From: Methanobacteriota archaeon
GTDB taxonomy: Archaea; Thermoplasmatota; Poseidoniia; Poseidoniales; Thalassarchaeaceae
Direction: 5' to 3'
Length of the DNA: 64,000 nt
Assembly: GCA_028355015.1 (NCBI GenBank)
Contig: JAOMRN010000001.1
Location: forward strand, 193,229-257,228
Within the stretch, counting starts at the first letter, position 1, and every line of letters begins with the position of its first letter. Shown here piece after piece: positions 7,442 through 16,227 of this stretch. Below the pieces are notes generated by a model. The model did no database searches and was not told where the DNA came from. It was given only the letters and a program-made list of their open reading frames with translations. Both the position numbers and the translations under genes were made by a program.

Positions 7442-9146
7442 TTAAATCACAGAAATATTCGAATCTTGCTTCCATATCCATTTCCTGCAATATTTCATCT
7501 ATCATCCCATTAGAACACTCTTGTTGCTGTTGTTCAAATTCATGTTGCTGTCTTTGTATTTCTAAGTCATTTTCATATTCTTCAATTGCCCTCTCCATAT
7601 TTTCATCCATTTCATGATGTCCATGCATTGATTCTAGTCCTGCATGATAATCATGTTCAACTACTGACCAATAATTATAATCTTTCAATATTGATGTATT
7701 CTCATCTATTGCATTCAAGAAGAAGTCTAATGTGAATATATAATTCCTAGATACTACATCGTTGTGTAATGCTAGTACGTAACCTACTGCTATATCGCCG
7801 AATGGTAACTCATGATCATCCATTAAAGGATCTATACACAGATCTAATCCTTTATGTTCTACGTCATCTATATCCGTGATACTTTGTATGGCGTCTACTT
7901 TCAATTTATTAGATTCATCAGAAGATATAACATAGTTTATACCAGAAATCCCTTGAACTTTTAATCCAGATTTTTCGCTGCTATAGTCAATTGGAATTAA
8001 TGATGATTTATCTCCTAATTTCTCAATTTCATTATGCAATAATCTTGCAGATCGTATCTGTCTAAGGCTAGGTTTCCATAGTTCTAATTCTTTGGTCCAG
8101 TTCATCAATAGTCCTTGTATGAATTCTGATCCCTGACTTCTATTTGGCAATAGTGCACATGCCATTAATTTCCTCCAATCTCTAGGGTCATTACCAAGTG
8201 AACATGTTGAAGGTTTATTTCTATCAATTACCAGTATCTTCAATCTATGATTTTGAGTTACTAATATAGGGGAACTTTTACATTGATATTCTTCAATATA
8301 ATTCTCCTTCCCATAATATATATCAGTCCATAATTCTCCGATTATTCCAAAATTTTCATCTTCCATTAGTGTAATATTTTCTCTTATTATTTCAGAAGGT
8401 GCTCTAGTGTCTCCTTCTTCTCTACACTTTCTTTCAATGAATTCTAAGAACGGCGGAACTCTTGAAGGATTCATATAATGACCTGGTGGGACTTTCATTG
8501 GATAGTCAATACCTCTCCATGAGTTTTCTTTGATCCACCGACCCCATTCTTCTTCGTTATTTCCAAAGTAATTTTTATCTGGCAGAGTGGTGGTAATACA
8601 ATCTAATAATAAAATAAAATCACTCCAATTTTTAATTGAATTTATCCTGAGTGAGTTAGATAGCCATTCTGCGATATCGAGAATAGGTATGTTACGAGCC
8701 AATCTGTATCTTCCTATGAATATTTTTTGATTCTTCTCGATAGATAGGGAGGTGCCGTCTGGAAAATAATAATTACCTGGGCGTAGAATATTGAATCTCC
8801 TCCAATAGTCTACTAGTTCATCCCATTCTGTAGACTCATAAGTCCAATGTGCTATTGAATTCTTACGTTTGGATTTAAGAATTGGGGGGATCGATACGGG
8901 TACCTCAACCTCTTGTACTAAATGTCGAATCCTTTGTTCAATCTTAAGTCCTCTACCTGGTTTCAGAAATATATTGATTTCTTTATTCCTTTTCTCTGAT
9001 AAGAATGGCCTGACATCTGTCCCCATGAATTCAGATGATAACATTAGACAGCCTGAACATAATTCTAATTCGTTAGGGATTTTTCCTGCACACCATTTGC
9101 AATACTTAGTCATCAAATGAATATTGTTCCGACAGATTATAAACAA
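7407..9146 (-). CDS. Zinc-ribbon protein of unknown function, paralogue B (579 aa)
   Basis: N-terminal CKWC..x11..CSGC. Shares FPDGTS, NWSDFILLL, LCIDP and GDIAVGYVLALHNDVVSRNYIFTLDFFL with paralogue A at near-identical positions. Very acidic, Gln-rich tail. Its stop overlaps the start region of paralogue A. An alternative start lies at 9113. Confidence 0.7.
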   Translation of the reverse strand: MFIICRNNIHLMTKYCKWCAGKIPNELELCSGCLMLSSEFMGTDVRPFLSEKRNKEINIFLKPGRGLKIEQRIRHLVQEVEVPVSIPPILKSKRKNSIAHWTYESTEWDELVDYWRRFNILRPGNYYFPDGTSLSIEKNQKIFIGRYRLARNIPILDIAEWLSNSLRINSIKNWSDFILLLDCITTTLPDKNYFGNNEEEWGRWIKENSWRGIDYPMKVPPGHYMNPSRVPPFLEFIERKCREEGDTRAPSEIIRENITLMEDENFGIIGELWTDIYYGKENYIEEYQCKSSPILVTQNHRLKILVIDRNKPSTCSLGNDPRDWRKLMACALLPNRSQGSEFIQGLLMNWTKELELWKPSLRQIRSARLLHNEIEKLGDKSSLIPIDYSSEKSGLKVQGISGINYVISSDESNKLKVDAIQSITDIDDVEHKGLDLCIDPLMDDHELPFGDIAVGYVLALHNDVVSRNYIFTLDFFLNAIDENTSILKDYNYWSVVEHDYHAGLESMHGHHEMDENMERAIEEYENDLEIQRQQHEFEQQQQECSNGMIDEILQEMDMEARFEYFCDLIEQNKNGEQNE

Positions 9147-9215
9147 TTCAAAAAACAGTTACATTTACATCTATCCGGGTAAGTATTGAATAGATATGAT
9201 TTATTCGGGAGAATT

Positions 9216-9677
9216 ATGACAACCGGAGTTATGTGTTGCCCTCGTGACGGTAGCCCTCTAATATCTCCAGATAATGCTTCAAAGTCTGTATTTTCACGAA
9301 ATGGAATTTCACATTGTCCTAATTGTTCAGGTCTTGCACTAAATCCCGAGGCAGCCTATTCTGAAATCTGTAGTCAAAAATTAGATGCAATTCATGATGG
9401 ATTCGAAGATGAGGGAATTCCTGTAGATATCTGCTGTCCATTCTGTCAGACAGGTATGAAAGTTCGAGACTTTGCATTCAGAAAAATAGATGGTACTCTT
9501 ACTGAATTAATTGAAATAGATGGCTGTCCGAATTGTGCATCCATTTGGCTTGATGCTGGCGAGCTTCAACGCTTATCACCTCCAAGCGGTAATACTGATG
9601 CGAACCCCTCTTCCGAAGCTGGAGCACTCGCTATAGTTCTTGATTTGTTATTACACCTTCCACTAGTTTTTGTATAA
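9216..9677 (+). CDS. Protein with two zinc-ribbon modules (the second resembles the zf-TFIIB / PF13453 type) and a hydrophobic C-terminal tail
   Basis: CCPRDG..x21..CPNCSG, and CCPFCQ..x26..IDGCPNCASIWLDAGELQRL (the C-x2-C..WLD.GEL motif). The tail is AGALAIVLDLLLHLPLVFV. The track start at 9186 is TTG; I prefer the ATG at 9216. Confidence 0.55.
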   Translation: MTTGVMCCPRDGSPLISPDNASKSVFSRNGISHCPNCSGLALNPEAAYSEICSQKLDAIHDGFEDEGIPVDICCPFCQTGMKVRDFAFRKIDGTLTELIEIDGCPNCASIWLDAGELQRLSPPSGNTDANPSSEAGALAIVLDLLLHLPLVFV

Positions 9678-9715
9678 TTTTAATCTAGGAATTCAGATAG
9701 TATAGGTCGTTATTC

Positions 9716-10540
9716 ATGGTTGAAGATGAGGGTGATTGGTGGGATAATAAAAACCCAGATGAAAAAACATCATCCTCTGTATCTCAGAATATTTTTACTG
9801 GCAACGTAGGCACCATATCTAGTCCATCTCCTGATATCTCGATTGCGCCAAATGATCCGAATAAATTTATTATGTCTCAATTCCTTATAGGTCTATTACT
9901 AATCCCTATTTTCGCTGGTTTCATCACATCTGTTGTAACTATGTCAGCCGAAAGAGCTGGTGACGACACCTATTATGGTGATAGTTATTATTTTTCTGGA
10001 TTTGATAATTCCTATACAACTATTATTTCAGATAAAGAATACTATGCATGGGATGCATATTTTAAAATCCCTGATATTGATGTTTCAGAAATACAAGAAA
10101 AAGATTATTGGTTACACACAGAATTCAGCGCTTCGGAATCTTGGGGATATTGCTACTTCGATATGGATATTTTAGATAATAATAACTTGATACAATCAGA
10201 TGATGGAAGTTACTGGTACTCTATGTCATGTTGGGGGGATATGGAAGGGTATGATGTGCTTTTAAGAATAGAAGAACAAACTTTCACTTATGCTATAGAT
10301 CAGGATGTACAGCCTAGATACGCGAGTGTTGATGGTGACCGCGATATTAGTGGTGTTGGAATATTGCTACAACTACTTCCAATTCTAATTGTTTTATTCT
10401 ACATTGGCACTATAGTTTGGAGTTTCATATCTAAGAGGAAATCTTTAGGTTTTGGTTTAATTGGGGGAATTATAATTGCTCCAATTTCTTTCTGCTTTTC
10501 TATGATTTTCCTTTCTTTCATCTATTGGAACAATTTTTAA
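9716..10540 (+). CDS. Hypothetical membrane protein (274 aa) with a Tyr/Asp/Trp-rich extracytoplasmic segment
   Basis: One hydrophobic segment lies near residue 60-80 and two or three at the C-terminus. No recognisable motif. Confidence 0.55.
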   Translation: MVEDEGDWWDNKNPDEKTSSSVSQNIFTGNVGTISSPSPDISIAPNDPNKFIMSQFLIGLLLIPIFAGFITSVVTMSAERAGDDTYYGDSYYFSGFDNSYTTIISDKEYYAWDAYFKIPDIDVSEIQEKDYWLHTEFSASESWGYCYFDMDILDNNNLIQSDDGSYWYSMSCWGDMEGYDVLLRIEEQTFTYAIDQDVQPRYASVDGDRDISGVGILLQLLPILIVLFYIGTIVWSFISKRKSLGFGLIGGIIIAPISFCFSMIFLSFIYWNNF

Positions 10541-11182
10541 TTAAATAACTCCTGCAATCATAAGCCCTGCAAAGACAAACATCAATACTCCCATTGCCCC
10601 ATCTATGATGTGTGATACAGATCTTAATTTCTCTACACGATCTCCAGTTGTTAGTACCAATGCTACGGTTACGTACCAAGTCCCATCTATTGTCATCCCT
10701 AATGCCCCCATACCAAGAAGTGTTTCAATACTTACATTATCTTCGATAAATGGGGTATAAAGTGCTAACATCCAAGCAAGAATCTTTGGATTTAGTAACG
10801 CTATAGAGAAACCCTGGATGAATCCTTGTTTATTCATCGAATCTTGATGGCTTTCATCGAGAGATTTCGATGGCCCCATTCTTGCATGTTTGAGAAATGT
10901 ATATCCAAGCCAAATTAGAATACATACTCCTGCCCATTTTAGCCATATTTCAGCAGTTTCATGAATGGAAATTGCAGTAGCAAATGCTCCCGCTGCAAGA
11001 AATGCATAAATCCCGAAACCTATACCATGTCCGATTCCAGTCATTACCCCTTGTGATCTTCCTCCTGCCAAGGTATTACGCAGGATTACTGCTAGAGATG
11101 GACCAGGGCTCATTGCACCTAAACTGAAGACTGTCGCCAGAGCTAACCATGCTTCAGGCGTCATTATGTAACCGACCTTCAA
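10541..11182 (-). CDS. LysE/RhtB-family amino-acid exporter
   Basis: About 210 aa with six hydrophobic segments. The N-terminal signature is LGAMSPGPSLAVILRNTLAGGRSQG. Confidence 0.8.
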   Translation of the reverse strand: MKVGYIMTPEAWLALATVFSLGAMSPGPSLAVILRNTLAGGRSQGVMTGIGHGIGFGIYAFLAAGAFATAISIHETAEIWLKWAGVCILIWLGYTFLKHARMGPSKSLDESHQDSMNKQGFIQGFSIALLNPKILAWMLALYTPFIEDNVSIETLLGMGALGMTIDGTWYVTVALVLTTGDRVEKLRSVSHIIDGAMGVLMFVFAGLMIAGVI

Positions 11183-12984
11183 GCGCCTTCATACATAGAT
11201 TCAATTTCACTAGCCCAATTCTCTCTGATTTGTATTCTTCTAATCTTCAAAGTAGGAGTTAGTTCCCCGAAATCTACATTTAAATCTCTAGGCAATATAG
11301 TGAATTTCTTAATCTGTTCTGGATTGCTAAATTGTCCATTTAGCCTGCTTACTTCAACTTGCATTTCATTAAATATTTCTTCACTGTCTGTATAATCTGA
11401 TAGCGTTTTTCCAAAACTCTCTAGAGTAGTAATCTGTACTGCTGGATCCTTTGGTATTTTAGCTGGGTCCATTCCATGTTTATCTCTCAGAATAGCACCA
11501 ACATCTAAAGTAAATAATGCACTACAATATTTTCTCCCATCCCCAATAAGCATGCACTGAGAAACCATTGGTATTGATTTCATGGTTTCTTCAATAACTA
11601 AAGGTGCTATATTTTTCCCACCAGAACTCACGTATAATTCTTTGATTCGTCCGGTGATTTTAACGTATCCATCTGAATCAATTTCCCCCTTATCTCCAGA
11701 ATGTAACCATCCATCTGCGTCAATTGTATCTGCAGTTGCTTCAGGATTCTTGTAGTAACCTTTCATAACATGTCTTCCTCTAAATAATATTTCTCCTGTA
11801 TCAGAAATCATAAGTTCTGTTCCAGAAAATGGTTTCCCTACTGTCCCGAATTTATGGTTTTTCTTGTAACCTAGACTTGCACCTGCTGTAGTCTCAGTCA
11901 TCCCATACCCTTCGTAAAGTGGAATATCTAGTGTATGGAATAGTTTGAGGATATCTGGATTTATTGGTGCTGCCCCTGTAATCGCATATACACAATTAGA
12001 CATACCAATAGCTTCCTTTGCCTTTTTCTTGATTATTCCACCTAGTAATGGGACTTTAGCCAGTTTAATCTTACCTCCTAATTTAGCAACTAAGTTACTG
12101 TATACTTTTTCATAAATTCTAGGGACTCCAATAAATAAGTGCGGCTGTACTTCTTTGGCATAATCTATGACATTCAACGGTGCATCTACAACTGTCATGT
12201 GTAGTCCCCATCGAATATGCGCATGACAATCTACTAGTTGACCGAAAACGTGTGCACAAGGGAGCCAAGATACATACCCCCATCCTCTTTCAAACTCCTG
12301 TAATTTCCAAACTTCTGCCAATTCAAAATCAATATTGTCGTGACTCAATTCTACTCCTTTGGGATTACCAGTAGTGCCAGAGGTATAAATTAGAGAAAAT
12401 GTGTCTTCAGGAGTAATATTCCCCACTCTTTTCTCGATCTCTGAATATTCAACATCTGCTCCTTTCTGTATAAAATCAGTCCAAGACATACATTTAGGAT
12501 GTTCTGGCATATCTACGCCATCCATTACCACTACAGTTTCTACTTTGGTTAATTTGTCCATTATTTCATGCAGCCTATATGCACACATTTTCTTTTTATT
12601 ACCTCCGTCCATTGGATTATCTCCAACAAAAACAACCTTTGAATCCGAATTTCCAACTACCCATTCTACTTCTTCTGGTGAGCAAGTATGGTAAACACCG
12701 ACTGCTGCTCCATTACACATATTTGCAGCGTGATAAGAAGTATACCATTCTACTCTGTTATATGAATAAATACTTAATTTATCGCCTTCTTCAAAACCCA
12801 TTGCAATTAATGACTTTGCCACTGAAGCGGTTTGATCATGAAATTCACTCCAACTAATATGATTCATATTTCCATCAGAATCCTTCGTAGAAATTGCTTT
12901 TTCATTTCCATGATTCTTCGCGTTCGCCATCAGATATTCGGGAGTAGTCATAGCAGACATGGGACTTGACAGTCGTTGTTTCAT
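11179..12984 (-). CDS. AMP-forming long-chain acyl-CoA synthetase
   Basis: LIYTSGTTGNPKGVELSH, GYGMTETT and GWLHSGDKGEIDSDGYVKITGRIKEL (adenylate-forming enzyme core motifs). Confidence 0.9.
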   Translation of the reverse strand: MKQRLSSPMSAMTTPEYLMANAKNHGNEKAISTKDSDGNMNHISWSEFHDQTASVAKSLIAMGFEEGDKLSIYSYNRVEWYTSYHAANMCNGAAVGVYHTCSPEEVEWVVGNSDSKVVFVGDNPMDGGNKKKMCAYRLHEIMDKLTKVETVVVMDGVDMPEHPKCMSWTDFIQKGADVEYSEIEKRVGNITPEDTFSLIYTSGTTGNPKGVELSHDNIDFELAEVWKLQEFERGWGYVSWLPCAHVFGQLVDCHAHIRWGLHMTVVDAPLNVIDYAKEVQPHLFIGVPRIYEKVYSNLVAKLGGKIKLAKVPLLGGIIKKKAKEAIGMSNCVYAITGAAPINPDILKLFHTLDIPLYEGYGMTETTAGASLGYKKNHKFGTVGKPFSGTELMISDTGEILFRGRHVMKGYYKNPEATADTIDADGWLHSGDKGEIDSDGYVKITGRIKELYVSSGGKNIAPLVIEETMKSIPMVSQCMLIGDGRKYCSALFTLDVGAILRDKHGMDPAKIPKDPAVQITTLESFGKTLSDYTDSEEIFNEMQVEVSRLNGQFSNPEQIKKFTILPRDLNVDFGELTPTLKIRRIQIRENWASEIESMYEGA

Positions 12985-13048
12985 CTTAATTGTTTACCAG
13001 TGTAATAATTGACACTTAGTATGATTAAGTACACTCAAATCTTTGATT

Positions 13049-13780
13049 TCAAGGTAGAACTGATCTAATATTTTCTCTCCAATCTTTTCCTTTATTGCGA
13101 TTAGCCAAAGGTGATGCAGGTGAAGGGTGCCAACAACTTACAATCTCTACATTCATACCCTTTAGTGCTTGATTAGCTCTTTTTTCAGCATATTTCCCAA
13201 CACCTATTACTCTCTTGATATTCATTATTTCTACAACTTCTTTCAAATGTTGATCACATCTTTGTATCAATTCTTTGACAGATTCTCCAGATATCTTATC
13301 AGGAGTGATATTAGTAGCTCTATCTCCATTGAATAACATCAACGGGCAGTGATTTACAACGAATATATTAGAAAATATATTTTCAGCGCCGCCATAGTGT
13401 TTTTCTAGTAAATTCCATAGCCTTGTCCCTGACACTTCTTCTTTATGCCATTTTAATCCCTTAACAGGTCTTTTAGGATGTAAATTACGTGGCTGTTTGA
13501 CTTCGAGATCTCTGATATTTAGTAAATCTCTAACTACTTTTGTAGCCGAAAAAGGAATACCCATTTGCCCCATACCATGTGGTCCAGGGTTCATGCCTAA
13601 AATGAGTGTTTTCGCTCCCTTTCCCCCTCCTAATTCTATGAATGCTTTATGCGGTTCCCATGCATAAATTAGAGGATTATAGACGCAATCTATTTTTCCA
13701 TCGTCAACTAATTTTTTTCCAATTAAATCTACGTCATCTCTCAGTCTCGCTGCTGCTTGAGTAAGTTCCTCAATTACCAT
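13049..13780 (-). CDS. SMUG1-type (family 3) uracil-DNA glycosylase
   Basis: YNPLIYAWEPH, LILGMNPGPHGMGQMGIPF, VVNHCPL and CWHPSPASPLANRNKGKDW closely parallel the SMUG1 motifs GMNPGPFGMAQTGVPF and HPSPRNPQANKGW. Confidence 0.8.
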   Translation of the reverse strand: MVIEELTQAAARLRDDVDLIGKKLVDDGKIDCVYNPLIYAWEPHKAFIELGGGKGAKTLILGMNPGPHGMGQMGIPFSATKVVRDLLNIRDLEVKQPRNLHPKRPVKGLKWHKEEVSGTRLWNLLEKHYGGAENIFSNIFVVNHCPLMLFNGDRATNITPDKISGESVKELIQRCDQHLKEVVEIMNIKRVIGVGKYAEKRANQALKGMNVEIVSCWHPSPASPLANRNKGKDWRENIRSVLP

Positions 13781-13787
13781 GATATCA

Positions 13788-14252
13788 CTATTGTTTTACG
13801 TCTCTAACGGAAGCTCCCGTAATTTGTTTTAGATTTTCAGGAGTTATAGGGAATACTGTATCAGCAGTGCCACCAGCGCCCCAAATTAATTCATAATTAA
13901 AAAGATCTTCATCCATTATGATTTTAGTATTTTTCAAATGCCCAAAAGGGGGCACTCCACCTATGGCATATCCAGTATTATCTAGGACGTATTCTGGGGA
14001 TGCTTGCCCTGGCTTGTAACCCAGTATCTTCTTTAGTTTCTTTTTACGATCGACTCTATTTGAACCAGATGTAATCACAACAATAGCTTCATTTTCACCC
14101 CTGAAAACAATTGATTTGGCAATATGTGATATGTCACAACCTAATTGATATGCAGCATCTGCAGAAGTCCTAGTCCCTTCTTCATATTTTCTCGGTTCAG
14201 CAATATAATTGATTTTTTCACACTGCCCCATCCATATCTGATGGCCGTCCAT
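13788..14252 (-). CDS. YbaK/EbsC-type aminoacyl-tRNA trans-editing deacylase domain protein
   Basis: HIAKSIVFRGENEAIVVITSGSNRVDRKK...GYAIGGVPPFGH is typical of the YbaK/ProX family. Confidence 0.7.
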   Translation of the reverse strand: MDGHQIWMGQCEKINYIAEPRKYEEGTRTSADAAYQLGCDISHIAKSIVFRGENEAIVVITSGSNRVDRKKKLKKILGYKPGQASPEYVLDNTGYAIGGVPPFGHLKNTKIIMDEDLFNYELIWGAGGTADTVFPITPENLKQITGASVRDVKQ

Positions 14253-14334
14253 ATTTACAGGTGTAAGGTTTCAGAATAAAAGTTGTTTCTACTTCCGCAT
14301 GGTTGATGACCCATAGTATAGCGCGAGAGAACTA

Positions 14335-15750
14335 ATGGATTGGCCGATTGGTCCTTATGGGACTTCTATGGGTGCTTTACTGCTACTCACATTACCAATA
14401 CATTTTTTATTAACACGTGACGAAAAAGATCGTAGGGTTTCACTTAGAGAACTACCTCGAGAAATACGCGAAAAGGGCTATTGGTGGCATATTTCGCTTT
14501 ATGTTCTTATGTTTTTATACAAAGCAGTGATTGACTATCATAATGAACCTATGAAAGATAAAGTAGGGGGTTTTACTCATTGGATTTATTCAATTGAAGG
14601 TGATTGGACTAATAATATCCAAGAGTACTTTTTGAATGACACACTCACAAACCTTCTTTCAGGGCATTATTTATTCATGTATTTATTCATGATTTGGTTC
14701 TCTCCAATATACTATATCTTATGTCGTGATGAAATTATGGCAGATAAAGCGGCTCTGAATTATTTTATAATTTATGTTCTCAGTGTTCCGTTGTACTTAT
14801 TTTTCAATGTGGAAGTTACTTCCACATATATTGCAGATATGGATGCACTCCTGTATCATGATTCATTCACACTATTTTTCTTCATAGATAATGACCCAAT
14901 GGATAATGCGATACCAAGTTTACATGTGGGTTTACCTATCAGTCTATTGATAATAAATAGATTACATTGTAGAAAATTAGGAATAAATTTCAATGATTGG
15001 CGCCATAAAGAATTTGACCGTTTTGTTTCTATCAATGTCATTATTTATTTATTTTCTATTCAGTATCTCGGGATACATTGGTTTATCGATATTATACCAG
15101 GGATTTTCCTTGCAATAATTACTTCTTCGTTTGTTCATTCCGTTCAGCCCATAATTCGCGCAAGAAATGAAAATGGTTATTCTTCATTGTTACCAAATAG
15201 GAATCAGTTAGTTGCCTCATTAATTACTGTAATTATTTGTTCTACTTGGTTACTTGCAGGAGTAGTAGATGGTCCCGGAACAGATGAAAATGAAGCTAAT
15301 ATGAGGGTGGGTATTGGTGATGTTAATTTAGATACAATAGAAGTACATAGTTTATGGGATCCAGTATTTGTAGATGTATCTAATGTCGGTGAAAATAATT
15401 TAGATATTCTTCTAATACAGAGGAAATATGTTCAACCTCATGTAGAAAAAGGTATTTTTAATTGGGATTCTTTTGAAGATTCAGGCCAATTTATTTTTCT
15501 CCCAAGTAATGAATCAATAGAACTTGAAGTGAATCCAACTACCTTATTTGATGTCTATATTATTCTCGTCAGAATATCTGAATCCATTGATTTAGATTCA
15601 GATGCTCTGGGAGAGGTGCGGATTTCATCTCATTATGTCGATGATAAGTTACTTTGGACTGGTCTATTAGTCAGTTTACCTGCTTTTATTATAACGGGTA
15701 TAGTTCTTGAAGGCGCTATTAATTTACGTAGAAATCAAAGTAAATTATAA
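14335..15750 (+). CDS. Polytopic membrane protein with a PAP2_3 (Aur1/IPC-synthase-like phosphatase) core and a C-terminal non-membrane domain plus a TM anchor
   Basis: NAIPSLHVGLP (PS-x-H) and GIHWFIDIIPG (H-x3-D) within multiple TM segments. Confidence 0.5.
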   Translation: MDWPIGPYGTSMGALLLLTLPIHFLLTRDEKDRRVSLRELPREIREKGYWWHISLYVLMFLYKAVIDYHNEPMKDKVGGFTHWIYSIEGDWTNNIQEYFLNDTLTNLLSGHYLFMYLFMIWFSPIYYILCRDEIMADKAALNYFIIYVLSVPLYLFFNVEVTSTYIADMDALLYHDSFTLFFFIDNDPMDNAIPSLHVGLPISLLIINRLHCRKLGINFNDWRHKEFDRFVSINVIIYLFSIQYLGIHWFIDIIPGIFLAIITSSFVHSVQPIIRARNENGYSSLLPNRNQLVASLITVIICSTWLLAGVVDGPGTDENEANMRVGIGDVNLDTIEVHSLWDPVFVDVSNVGENNLDILLIQRKYVQPHVEKGIFNWDSFEDSGQFIFLPSNESIELEVNPTTLFDVYIILVRISESIDLDSDALGEVRISSHYVDDKLLWTGLLVSLPAFIITGIVLEGAINLRRNQSKL

Positions 15751-16142
15751 GCCAAGATTCCGCCAATATATAGTCCAGACATCGCCCCTAATGCTAACCA
15801 AATCCCTATTCGGAATGGTGGGTAATTATACTGCCATATGTATATTGACTGACTTAGCCAAACAAGAAATACTACAACTATTCCATAAAACCCGAATAGG
15901 AAACGAAATGAAAAAGACAATAAAAGCGTTAATGTATATCCTAAATATAATTCTATTTTATTCCCATATTTTTGGGGTAGTAGAAAACAACATATCCCCA
16001 AAAGTCCTAAAACTATTATCGGCGCTAAAAGATTTTTTTTACTGAAATATTCTATGTCAAATAGATATGGTATGAATGACAGTAAAAACCCAATTATTGA
16101 TGGTAGAGCCACCGGCCATAGTGGAGCAGACTCCCACTTCAT
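15735..16142 (-). CDS. Small hypothetical membrane protein (135 aa)
   Basis: About four hydrophobic helices. Preferred over the overlapping + strand ORF 15707-16045, which looks less protein-like. Confidence 0.45.
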   Translation of the reverse strand: MKWESAPLWPVALPSIIGFLLSFIPYLFDIEYFSKKNLLAPIIVLGLLGICCFLLPQKYGNKIELYLGYTLTLLLSFSFRFLFGFYGIVVVFLVWLSQSIYIWQYNYPPFRIGIWLALGAMSGLYIGGILAYNLL

Positions 16143-16227
16143 GTTTTATCGGATTAGTATCTAGCATATAATACTCTGAATGGTCCCATGCGTCTCATTC
16201 ATGAATAAGGAGAGTCTCCGCTACAAT

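Noticed and set aside
2094-10540. Calling the Ubl island an integrated mobile element or provirus
   Set aside because: I could find no integrase, transposase, capsid/terminase-like genes, flanking tRNA or direct repeats by eye. It is therefore reported as an accessory island, not as a mobile_element feature.
15707-16045. Plus-strand 112-aa ORF
   Set aside because: It overlaps the minus-strand ORF 15735-16142 almost entirely, and the minus ORF has a coherent four-helix membrane-protein pattern. Only one can be real, and even the minus call is of moderate confidence.
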